NCBI GenBank assembly: GCA_036785375.1
Contig: JAWMAR010000201.1
Coordinates: forward strand, 1,364,001 to 1,428,000
Direction: 5' to 3'
Origin: Leucoraja ocellata
Lineage: Eukaryota
DNA: 64,000 nucleotides
Shown here piece by piece: positions 1 through 12,784 of the stretch (its first letter is position 1; each line of letters begins with the position of its first letter). Below the pieces are notes generated by a model. It ran no database searches. It saw only the letters and a program-made list of their open reading frames with translations, and was not told where the DNA came from. Both the position numbers and the translations under genes were made by a program.

Positions 1-695
1 CAATCGTAAAGTTCGCATGACAATTTGTAACTTAATAAGATTTTCTGTTCACCTATAATCCTAGTGTTCTGGGCGGTTCTTTCAAGAAGGGTTCTATAGA
101 ATGTTCCCCGACAAATGCAAAAGGCAGTTTAGTTGCATTTCTGCAGGTTATGTTTATAATGCATGGTGCGTTGGAAGTCGGTCAATCCTTAGATATCGAA
201 TTGGAATCTGAGCGATTTGGCTATCTGTCTGTCGAGACTGGTCACGTTTGGAAGTTAATGCGCGAGGCTTAGAGGACGTATTAATCCGTAGATATGTCAC
301 GATTTCCTATACCACGACGTTTTCTTGGCTTGACTCGCTCCTCTGGTTTACGCTTATTTTTGTCACGTGCACGTGATGCAATGAAAAGCCTTGCATGCTA
401 GCCAAATATATTAGATATACCATACCTAAATGCAATCAATTCAAACTCCAGCACAATAGAACGAGCAAAAAGAAACATACACCGCGCAGAATGTGGTTCT
501 CAACATTGTAGCGTACTGTGACGCATTATTTCCGAAGACAATGTCCAAAGTCCTCTATCTGGTAGAGCCGGACCCGTGGGTACCCTACCTCACCGAACGA
601 CAGGTAAGAGGCCTGATTAGAGAAGGAAAGAAGCTGTGTCCCAGTCTAGTCGTGAACGCCTTTAAGCGTCTGAGCCCTGTGCCGGACAAGGTGGG

Positions 696-815
696 AACAT
701 AGAAACATAGAAAATAGGTGCAGGAGTAGGCCATGCGGCCCTTCGAGTCTGCACCGCCATTCAATATGATCATGGCTGATCATCCAACTCAGTATCCTGT
801 ACCTGCCTTCTCTCC
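696..815 (-). mobile_element. CR1-clade LINE 3' end, running into an assembly gap
   Basis: Reverse complement of the 3' UTR and (TTTCTATG)n tail seen at 7090-7229. Confidence 0.9.
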
Positions 816-1163
816 NNNNNNNNNNNNNNNNNNNNNNNNNNNNNNNNNNNNNNNNNNNNNNNNNNNNNNNNNNNNNNNNNNNNNNNNNNNNNNNNNNNNN
901 NNNNNNNNNNNNNNNNNNNNNNNNNNNNNNNNNNNNNNNNNNNNNNNNNNNNNNNNNNNNNNNNNNNNNNNNNNNNNNNNNNNNNNNNNNNNNNNNNNNN
1001 NNNNNNNNNNNNNNNNNNNNNNNNNNNNNNNNNNNNNNNNNNNNNNNNNNNNNNNNNNNNNNNNNNNNNNNNNNNNNNNNNNNNNNNNNNNNNNNNNNNN
1101 NNNNNNNNNNNNNNNNNNNNNNNNNNNNNNNNNNNNNNNNNNNNNNNNNNNNNNNNNNNNNNN
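816..1163. other. Assembly gap (N run)
   Basis: 348 N. Confidence 1.
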
Positions 1164-2359
1164 ATAGATAGATTGCATATTGAGCAGACATATATTCTAT
1201 ATCTCAAACAAATTTTAACAATCCTGTGCTTTGGGCAGTTCCGAGGACTACGATAGTGGAAAGGTCTGCTGCCTTGGCTAATATATACAAATTGTGAATA
1301 TTTTCCAGTGTGGCATAATTACAATTTGCAGGAAAGATAGCACAAACTATAATTGCTCTAGTGGCAAGTTGAATTAATTGAACATGAAGGAGTTAACATT
1401 TTACGAGGCATTGGATGTGAAAATAGTGCATATATTCATGAAAAGTTGGAATGGATGATGGATGATTTATTCTTCAATATTTTTTTCCGACAAATGTAAT
1501 TGTAAAGACAATTACAATATCACTTTGACCAAATGATTCGCAGAAGCCTGCCCCTTTCTGCATGGATCGAAAATGCAGGCGGAACATTCGCCAATAATCT
1601 TTAGCTTTCGTAGAGTTCACCTACTTCTGCGACATTTGATCTGTGATTTAAATAACTTGTTCGAACTTATACCTTCACAGTGGACCTGTACTTATTTGAA
1701 GCAAATGGTTCTTTGTAGGAATAGATTATGTGATTGCATTAGACATCGGATAATGTCATAGAACGTGGTGGGTTTCGTTTGAGCCTTCAAGTGACCTTCT
1801 TCGAGAGCAATTCTGCGTGGTTAAATTTAGTTTAGAACGCTGATAAAACTGACATTTTAGTTGCATTTTTCCCATTGGGCGCTTAAAGTTTCTCGATTTT
1901 GGAATCCATCTGGGCAATTCAAACGAGTCTTGCTGTAACCCCGTAAATGCTTAATCTGGAAATTGGCCCCCAAATTTCGAATCAAATCACACTCAAATAT
2001 ATGCGATGTATTCCTCTGTTATATTCCTTCTTATAACTTGGCAACAGAACATAAACACGCAACTTGGGCACAAACAGGGGAATATATCTTCGGATTGATC
2101 GCTATCAACGAGGAAGTTGACAGTGATCTGTGAAATTTCGTGGGGTACAAAGTAAGATTATGTTACGGTTCTAAATCTACGTCCATCGAATAATTGTCAA
2201 TTTTGAATTGAACTAGTCGTAAAATAGTCCGTAGGAGAATACTGTTGTATGCGTGACCTGCATCTCTGAATTACCGGCTTTACCAAAACAAAACTGGGTT
2301 AAATGTCGATAGCCGTTAAGGGGTTTCAGTTATTGATCATGTAATCTTCCACATTACAG

Positions 2360-2395
2360 GCCTGGAAGATTGCCGTAAAAACGTGGAGAATTTAG
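2360..2395 (+). CDS. 36-nt phase-1 microexon (xLEDCRKNVENL)
   Basis: cttccacattacag|GCCTGG...AATTTAG|gtgaga. Confidence 0.8.
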   Translation, partial: AWKIAVKTWRI

Positions 2396-5300
2396 GTGAG
2401 ACTTTCAATTAATTTACATTTGTGTTTGCACTGTATGTAACCAAGATTTAAAGATTCCGGTGAAATAAGAACACGTTACTTGATAGTAAAAGTGCTCACA
2501 GGAATCGAAATCAAAGTACGATCAAAATTATGTAGACACACTAAATTTATTTTGTAACACGTATAATTTTCATATAAAATAGACAGACAATCCTGTAGAC
2601 CGTACGATGTTATATATGGTATACATGTTGTGTGTGGAGATGCAAAGAAAGTCGAAGAGGAGGGCATGCTGTTGTTTCTTTTCGCGTTGCGCAGCTGGCT
2701 GGCTGTTGGCTTTACGGAGAGCTTGTGCAAGTTGCACTCTAAAATGCCCCATTGTATTCGTACACGGTGCATCAGCTCACTGCGTCACTGAAATACTGAT
2801 GAATGGAGGTCAGATTATCGATTCATTACGACTGATCGCAGCTTGACTGTATTTCTTTACTTGAATTATTTCAGCGACGCAATGAAAATGTTAACATTGA
2901 AGCAAACCCTTATTTGAATCACCACGAACTGAATATGTTTGAAATCGGATGCATTAATGTTTCACCCGTTTAGTATTAATTGCGTTTTAAATAGTTTTAA
3001 ATATTTTGTCAACGAAGTGATTTGAAAGTGTTCATGAAACCGGCAGGTCGATATCAAATCTGCCGTTGACGGTTGAATCACAACAAATTTCAGATACAAA
3101 ACGGATCATCAAAGCCAGCATAGCATTGGGAATTATTCAGTTGTGACAATTTAAGAAAAGATGTCAACTGAAATCCACCCTAACGTAATTAACATCTGCA
3201 TACCAATTGGATATCGACATTGCTGGTTGATCATTGACTGGAGTCACACTGCTCCTTACACCTAGATGTTCATCGGTGTAATTAAACCATGCAACAATAA
3301 TAGATAGATTATTTGTTCAGATCTAGTATGAGATCTCTTCTTTGCATTTTTGTAACCACGCTTTTCACAGCAGAAACTCTGCACGCAAATGATTTCCAGC
3401 CATGTTTCCTGGAAAAAAACCGCTGCTTAAACCGCATATATAGATTCAATATGTTGATTAATTCTATATATTTTTTAGAAAGAAATATCGAGGCAAATGA
3501 AAAGGGTAAGAATATTTAATTACATACAATTAAATACATTTTTATTGATATCCCGAACTTTCAGAACAACAGCTGATGTTAATTGCCACATTCATTTGTA
3601 CATAAGTCTTAGCATGGATGCAGGTACATTTCAATATTAAAGCGCCACCATTTTTAATATTTTTAAAATAAGAGGGATCATTTTAGGATAAGGATAGTTT
3701 AAAGAAAGTGGACTTTTCTGTCCAGAGACGGATAGCTTCCAGGGTGTGGAGGAGGCAGATGCGCTTAAGAGACTTTTAGATATGCACGTGGAAATGCAGG
3801 GTGTGCCAAATATTGATCCCGTGCAGGAAGAACCGCTATTGTTTTAGTTTGGCTTCATGTTCGGTACAGATATTATGTTGTACTTTTCAATGTTCCATGC
3901 TTTCATTGAGAAAAATATATATACCTATCTATACTCACCTTCACGCAATGCCCCCTTGCCGATAATTGAATAAGAATCTGTCGCATAGTTTATATCACTG
4001 ATTCCTCTACTGGCTTTTTAACCTCTGGCACATCTGTATTCAATATACAATTTATCTCGGTATTGGTTGTACACAATGCATGAGCTGCATCCTGCCTCGT
4101 CGATTAATAATTGTTACTATTATCTAACTTACCAACGATTGAAAGGTCTTCCATCTTTCATTGATTCAAATACCTGCGTGTTCGTTCGACAGTGGGAAAT
4201 ATAAATTTTGAACCTCAACCAATTGAGTTATTAATCCACGATTACTGATGCCAATTCTATGAAATACGTACATTTTCCATAGGATTACATTTATTGCAAC
4301 AACGATAAAATCTGTATGCTTTAAGATAATATTTCATAACTTTACTTATAACGGCATAGATCAATGTGATTTATGTCGCTTTTTGGTGCTGAATATTATG
4401 AACTTTCTGGTGTTCAGCCCTAACAGACTGCGATGCAAGTTACGGTAGGTCGAGCTTGCCTCATTTATGCCTGGTTAGGGTCATGATATTTTCATATAAC
4501 CAAGCGAAATGGAACGGATATTTACTTGCGAATACATCGTGTAATCTATTGAGGTAATTTACAATATATTTAATCCGTGACTTGTTCGGTGTAATACGTC
4601 ACTCTTAACAGACGCTTTCAGTGCCCTCATATGACATAGCACAGAAAATCAGGCTGCCATGTATATTCTTAATTGTTGCTGTTCCATCGTTGACGCTTGT
4701 AATTTGAAATGAGCAAGCACCCTTACCTCGTGTTCAAATGGATATTATAAAAGATACACCATTAGTCAATGCCAAAGGTCTTGAACACGTACACCTTCAC
4801 GATATAGGATGTCGTAAAACGAATCGTAATTGACCTGCATTCAAAATTGTTTCAAATAATGTGATGGCTAGTTACACCGCTGAACAATCGAATCTCTTGG
4901 AATGTGGCATCGGGGATTGAGTTCATTTTTATGATCAAGTGGTCTGAAATAACTGTGGCATTACCACGGCTGAAGAAATGGAAGTGCTTTGCAATAATTT
5001 TCATTCTGACGTTCCCGTTCTTAGCTGAAATAGGTCAAATGAAGCTGATGCGTTTTCAGAGAAACCTAGCCAAAAAAACGGTAGTTTCCCTTGTAGACGT
5101 TGACAGTGCAAATGCAGTGTATTGCTGTCGACCAAGATTGCAGAAAATAGTCGTTGTCTTTTTTCTGATAATCTTTCATTCCAAACCGTTTTCTGCTAAA
5201 AAAATATTGTTGCATTCTTTTTACTCCGGTTTAGGCTATAATATTCCAAAAAATATCTATAGTGATGACGCTCAATTCATTGCGGGGTGCTTTCAATAAT

Positions 5301-8300
5301 CCTGAATATATTCTATAGTTCTGCATATTAACATCGGTTACTGGATTTTTCAGGAGGGAATAATGCCCCTATCAGGAATATAATGTTATTCTAGATCTCT
5401 CGGCGGTTAAGTGACCGTTTTGTGGTAACGTTACAACGAAGTCCTCACCATATTACTTGTAAAGTTCTTCTCCTACAAAAATTGTTACCATGGCTTATTA
5501 GATCCACCCTCGTGTTGCATTATTAACAGATGCATTTCACTTGTTCTCATTAATGATCGTTTCTTCATATCGCTTTAGCAAAATCAAAAGAGGGTAAGTC
5601 TTCGAACACCTGAATGTCAATCTGAATAATTATGATTATCATTCTACTTGTAATTACATTTTATTTTCATTTGGATGTAGTACTTAAGGAAGTAGCTCCA
5701 GAAATAGTGGACGCATTAGTAATAATCTTTCAAAACTCTTTAGATTCTGGAGTAGTTCCTGAGGATTGGCGGGTAGCAAACGTAACCCCACTTTTTATGA
5801 AGGGAGGGAGAGAGAAAACGGGGAATTACAGACCAGTTAGTCTAACATCGGTAGTGGGGAAACTGTTAGAGTCAGTTATTAAAGATGGGATAGCAGCACA
5901 TTTGGAAAGTGGTGAAATCATTGGACAAAGTCAGCATGGATTTACGAAAGGTAAATCATGTCTGACGAATCTTATAGAATTTTTCGAGGATGTAACTAGT
6001 AGCGTGGATAGGGGAGAACCAGTGGATGTGGTGTACCTGGACTTCCAGAAGGCTTTCGACAAGGTCCCACATAAGAGATTAGTATACAAACTTAAAGTAC
6101 ACGGCATTGGGGGTTCAGTATTGATGTGGACAGAGAACTGGCTGGCAAACAGGAAGCAAAGAGTAGGAGTAAACGGGTCCTTTTCACAATGGCAGGCAGT
6201 GACTAGTGGGGTGCCGCAAGGCTGGGACCCCAGCTACTTACAATATATATTAATGATCTGGATGAGGGAATTGAAGGCGATATCTCCAAGTTTGCGAATG
6301 ACACTAAGCTGGGGGGCAGTGTTAGCTGTGAGGAGGATGCTAGGAGACTGCAAGGTGACTTGGATAGGCTGGGTGAGTGGGCAAATGTTTGGCAGATGCA
6401 GTATAATGTGGATAAATGTGAGGTTATCTATTTTGGTGGCAAAAACAGGAAAGCAGACTATTACCTAAATGGTGGCCGACTAGGAAAAGGGGAGATGCAG
6501 CGAGACCTGGGTGTCATGGTACACCAGTCATTGAAAGTAGGCATGCAGGTGCAGCAGGCAGTGAAGAAAGCGAATGGTATGTTAGCTTTCATAGCAAAAG
6601 GATTTGAGTATAGGAGCAGGGAGGTTCTACTGCAGTTGTACAGGGTCTTGGTGAGACCACACCTGGAGTATTGCGTACAGTTTTGGTCTCAAAATCTGAG
6701 GAAGGACATTATTGACATAGAGGGAGTGCAGGGAATGTTCACCAGACTGATTCCTGGGATGTCAGGACTGTCTTATGAAGAAAGACTGGATAGACTTGGT
6801 TTATACTCTCTAGAATTTAGGAGATTGAGAGGGGATCTTACAGAAACTTACAAAATTCTTAAGGGGTTGGACAGGCTAGATGCAGGAAGATTGCTCCCGA
6901 TGTTGGGAAAGTCCAGGACAAGGGGTCACAGCTTAAGGATAAGGGGGAAATCCTTTAAAAGCGAGATGAGAAGAACTTTTTTCACACAGAGAGTGGTGAA
7001 TCTCTGGAACTCTCTGCCGCAGAGGGTAGTCGAGGCCAGTTCATTGGCTATATTTAAGAGTGAGTTAGATGTGGCCCTTGTGACTAAGGGGATCAGAGGG
7101 TATGGAGAGAAGGCAGGTACGGGATACTGAGTTGGATGATCAGCCATGATCATATTGAATGGCGGTGCAGGCTCGAAGGGCCGAATGGCCTACTCCTGCA
7201 CCTAATTTCTATGTTTCTATGTTTCTATGCAGCCGGGTGCTCCCCCTTGAAAGAAATGGCTGTCTCGGTAAATTCGGTAATGTTCCTCAGTACTGATTAC
7301 TAGAACATCTATTGTAATAAGAACACATGGGGTTTCAGCATAAGGCCCAGTTAGTGACCATGATAGTTTTTTTTCTTGAAACGCGCATTTATTTCAACAA
7401 GTAGAAACAAGGATGCTATTGAGAGAAAGAGAACTTCTTCAAAGTAAGAGAGAGGGAGATGACGTATTCAAAGCAGGGAGAGAGGAAGATAACATTGTCC
7501 ATGTAGGGAGAGAGGAGGGTGTCGCCTTCAAACTGAGGGAGAGTGAACTTATTCAAAGGAGGAGTGTGGATGGCCGCGACACAAAACGTCACCTATCCAT
7601 GTCTTCCAGTGTTAACAGAGCCGCTAATATACTTCAGCATTTTGTGATTTCCCCTGGTAAACCAGCATATGCGGTTTATTTTTTACCTATTTCTTTATTT
7701 CAACAAGGTCTAGATTGTTTTAAAATCTGCCACAGTTAATCACAAATGCTAATTATATGTATATTAAAAAATAAATCACCATTACGGTGGCGGCAACCTT
7801 TGGACACTGTCCATTCTGGAACAGTCCACATACAGTTGCTGCTGAATTTGCTGAGATGGTTACTCCATTGAATGCTGTGCAAGAAACTACAATATCATTT
7901 GTTTCTCGAATTTTCATTATTCAGCTTTGTTGCATAAAGGTTTTGCAGGTTGGATGCTTAAAGGCCCCTTACGTTCCAAAAGTCACCGTGTTCCTCAACT
8001 CAAAATTAACAGATAGATTATAATCCGACGAGGAACATCTGTACGCCTCAATGGTCACATTCGTTTTTTTCGACAGTGACAGAACAAATTCATTCACATA
8101 GCGCGATCCCTTGTTGTAGAAAATATGCAAAACAGCTTTGCCGTCAGTCTGTGTGAATGTATGCTACGCTGGAGAATTAGGTATTCAGATCGCTTTGAGG
8201 GTGTAATTTTCCCGAATTACCGGGTAAACTGCTTGGACATTTTCATATGAATTGCAGTGATTGTTCTAATGCACGAATGATGTAAATATATATATATATT

Positions 8301-11300
8301 TATATCTGTATAGACTTTGGAATACTTCAGGAAAAGTGCAGTAAGTTCTCACCAATGCCGTAGCGGCCATGACCACGTTGTCATGTCTTGACCTTATTCG
8401 GGATTGCATTAATTTTGCATTCTGTAGGTTTAATTTATTGTCAACTAAAGTAATAACAACGATTTAACATGATATGATGTGCATATCTGCATTTAATGGA
8501 GAGACTATCGTATTTTAATAGCGATATGATTTGAGTACCAAATATAACTTCGTTTTGCCTCCTACAATAGTAAACCAACACAGCAGTTCGGATATCCGTC
8601 TTCCATTCACCCTCTTGTCAAGTGCCAATATAAAGTGGCCTGATTGTGGTAAAGTCACATTTCGTGAAGTGCGTGCTATTCCAACCCCACCAGATCCATA
8701 TGTGTTTTGACAAATATTAGAACAGAACATCTTTTAAAATTAAATTAGTCAACCCACATCCTCGGAGATCAAAATAGAATTAGCAGCTGGAGTAATTATC
8801 CATCCATTGCTTACGATTACAAATCATAATCCAAGCACGTTCATATCATTCAAATCTCATTCGCATGATACAGAATTGGATGTTTAGTTTCGGTATGGAT
8901 ATAATTATCAGAACGTAATGCAGGCTATGATGCCGGATATATATAAACGTATTATAGATGAATGACAGCGAACTAGCAAACCATAAAAGTGAAAACAGAA
9001 AGGAGATGTGCCGATAAAGTACTTCATGAAAATCAAAGCCCGAGAACCGGCATAAACTTATTGGGCTGTGAGACGTGTTCTAAGAATAAATGAATACATT
9101 TAATGCACGGAGACCGTCACATGCATTGCCAAGAATACATGGTTAAATGTAGCCTGTTTAATCCTTGAAAATCTTTACCATCAATCTGACTAAATTTAAT
9201 AAAGTGGCTTCCGAGACAAATCAGGCTGTCAATGAAATTATTTCGAATGCGCCCATTGAATGTTACTTTTAATAGCGTTTGCTTTTAATATCAAACAAAG
9301 AAACCCTGTTAAATATGTTCATTTTTAAGAACTTGACCTCGACGCAAAAGATACAGGTTCGTTCGCTCTATTCAATTTCGCCGTTATGTGAATGGACTTT
9401 TGGCTTGACGGTGCAATGGTGATCAGGGGCATATTAAAGTATTGTCAAGCTATCTCAGTGAAAGCCGTTTCAATTTCGACGGGCTCATGATACATACCCC
9501 AATTTATTCTTGATAGCTGCGTTTGCAATTGCAAAATCAGAATTTGTGCGGGTTAATGCAGGAAACCGTCGGAAAATGTCGACCAGCCCTTTGCGTGTAC
9601 AATATTACTTGAACCGCTACATTATTCCTGCATTATGTTTTATCCTCCAGCAATATATTTTATTTTTCTTTCCATCATCTGTAGTCTCTTATTTAAATGT
9701 GATCCCAATTTACCTTTAATATATTGAGATACGGTATGATCGCAGATAATTTGGCTGTAAGTCAATGCCATTACTTTAAAAATACTACATTGTTAAGGAA
9801 TTCATGTTATTGAAGGTCCTTACTTGCCCAAAGAGTAACGCAGACGGCAGTAATCTAGTCGCTCGGCGTTACCCTGGGATGCGTGTAGCGTGATCATTGA
9901 CTACTGTACATGTGTGAATGTGTGTGAATGTGTGTGAATGACTGGTGGTGGTCGGAGGGGCCGTAGGCGCAGATTAGCAGCCACGCTTCCGTCAGACTGC
10001 CCCAGGGCAGCTGTGGCTACAGAAGCAGCTCACCACCACCGAGTGTGACTAAGGAGTGAATGAATAATGCGATGTAAAGCGCCTTGAGTATCTAGAAAGG
10101 CGCCATATAAATCCCATCCATTATTATTATTATTATGTGTACAATAAGACGTAAATTCATTGTTAATCAAAGTAATTTTAGTAGTTTACAAACAAATTTC
10201 TATTTGGAAGCTACAAACTGCGATATTGGTTTACAAAATATAGACGCCGACTGCTGTAGTAACTCAGCGGTTCAGGCAGCATCCCATCAGTGCTGGGACC
10301 GCAGCCATTTTCAATATACATCAATGGTTTGGATGAAGTGATTCAAAGTAATATTAGCAAATTTGCAGATGACACAAAGCTGGGTGGCAGTGTGTACTGC
10401 GAGGAGGATGCTATGAGAATGCAAGGTGGCTTGGACAGTTTGAGGTAGTGGGCAGATGCATGGCAGATGAGGTTTAATGCGGATAAATGTGAGGTTATCC
10501 ACTTTGGTAGCAAAAACAGGAAGGCAGATTACTATCAAAATTGCGTCAAGTTGTGAAAAGGAGAAGTACAACGGGATCTGGGGGTCCTTGTAGATCAGTC
10601 TATGAAAGTAAGCATGCAGGTACAGCAGGCAGTGAAGAAAGCGAATAACAAGAGGAATCGAATAAAGGAGCAAAAAGGTCCTCTGCAGTTGTACAGAGCC
10701 CTAGTGAGACCACACCTGGAGTATTGTGTGCAGTTTTTGTCCCCTACTTTGAGGAAGGACATTCTTGCTATTGAGGGAGTGCAGCGTAGGTTTACAACGT
10801 TAAATCCCGGGATGGCGGGACAGTCATATGCTGAGAGAATGGAGCAGCTGGGCTTGTACACTCTGGAGTTTAGAAGGATGAGAGGCGATCTCATTGGAAA
10901 AAAAGATTGTTAAGGACTTCGACAAACCAGAGGCAGGAAACAAGTTCCCGATGTTGGGGAAGTCCAGAACCAGGGGTCTCAGTTTAAGAATAAGCCATTT
11001 AGAACGGAGACGAGGAAGCATTTTTTCTCACTGTGGCGTGTCTGTGATTGGCGTGGCACGGCAGCATTTATTTTGTAGGTACCCAACATCCTCAGTCCAT
11101 TGCTACTATGGAAGCTTTTCAGTTCTGTTGACTTATTCAGATTTAGATATGCGTTATATTTCATCGAACAAACAATTCCGAATTAAAGTTATCAATATCA
11201 TGTTTTCTTATAACTAGAAATAGATTCACTACAAAGCAAAATACAAGAATCGGGTTAGTAAAATGCGAACTAGCCTTATGTGTGTGTTGCAGTGGCGAAT

Positions 11301-12752
11301 ATGTTGGACGATATGTCCGTCAAACATAGATTGTTTGGTGCGCGTTCTCGGGATAATTATCTATTAAACTATTGGTGCCATGCTATGTGCAATATTGCGG
11401 CAATTTGGAGGGAGATAACCAGCGCCGCAGGTACGTAGTTCCATAAAAATTGTAACATAGGTAGGTAGACAGATGGGAAGAGAAAACAGAAGTTTTGTTA
11501 CATAGTCAACGTAGTTTTTCTCGCATAGAATCCGTAACTAAACGGAAATGACCTTTCTCGGTCATGTTATAGGATAGAAGAGTTCGAAAATATTATTGCG
11601 GTAATTGCGATTAGTGCGGCCACGTTTAGGTTACATTTCGGCTCCCACTACTGTCTGAAGTGTGTCAATATAAAGGAAAGGTTTGAAAAAAATGAGGAGG
11701 TTGTTACCGAGCGAATGATATGGAAAGCCGCAGAGAGCTGTTGTAACTCAACAGGTAAGACAGCACCTCCGAATGACGTGGATAGGTGTGTTTCCGACAT
11801 TCCGGCCGAATCAAGAGCAGACACGAAATATCATCTCCCTATATTTTCAACAGATGCACCCTGAGTTACTCTTCTACTACGTGTCTCTTTTTGTAAACAA
11901 GCTGCAGTTTCCTGTGTCTATTCTCAGGAGAAAAGGCCTACTTGTTCTACTGGAATTGAGAATGCTGAATGTAAAACATATAACGGTTCATAAAAGCATA
12001 GGCTGCATAAAGAAAGTGAAACATCAGCGTCATTTCCTCGAGGCAATGGAATCAAACCAAGTGACCATTGGGTTAACGTGAGAGCGGGATGATTCATACG
12101 GTTGGAGAAGGATACGCAGAATGGAGCATCACGTTCGTCGATTGTTTGCATCTTGAATTCCGGGCGCGGGAAAATGAAAAAGGTGGTCCGGGGACAGGTC
12201 TGAGAAATTGAATTGCAGTTCAGAGCAGAAACTGCAGCTTGGAGCAGAAAGTCAGTTGGTTTGTTGCAGCATCCAAATTGGTTAATGGAGTAGCAAATTA
12301 AAGCAAGGCAAGGTGCAGCTAATCGGCCTATTGGAAGTGAGGCTGTGTCGCGATCAAGAGCTTGGTCGAGTTCAAGTGCTGGGTCGAGGTCAAGTGTGAG
12401 TCTTTATCTCAAATATCTTTGGCAAAATGTTGAGGCAAGGAAGCAATTGGAGGATGATACGAGGATATGGTTCAGTTGTATGGCGATGGCGAGTAAGTTA
12501 ATATCCCCCTCCAGTATGTGGCAGATGAAGAAGACTGCTGGTATTAATGCTCACATTAATGTTGGCTACACATGTGGAAATTTCGTCGCGCTGCAGCAAC
12601 TTGAAACCTCGTTCGTAACGTGGAGCCGCGGCTGGATGACCTCGGGACAATGTGGAAAAGTGAGAGTCAGGAACTTGACTCAAAAATGGTAGATGGAATT
12701 TAATACCGGGAAATTTCAGGTGTTGCATATTGGATAGTATAGCATCAGTAGG

Positions 12753-12784
<32 letters not shown>

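Noticed and set aside
646-1207. ORFs of 129-181 aa in the track (also 27662-28332 and 44619-44958)
   Set aside because: They are open only because they cross N gaps.
1239-1263. AG..GT segment of 25 nt
   Set aside because: Not a multiple of 3, contains TAG in phase 1, weak donor.
11734-11754. 21-nt segment ending CAG|gtaaga
   Set aside because: No pyrimidine tract and lies within decayed LINE sequence.
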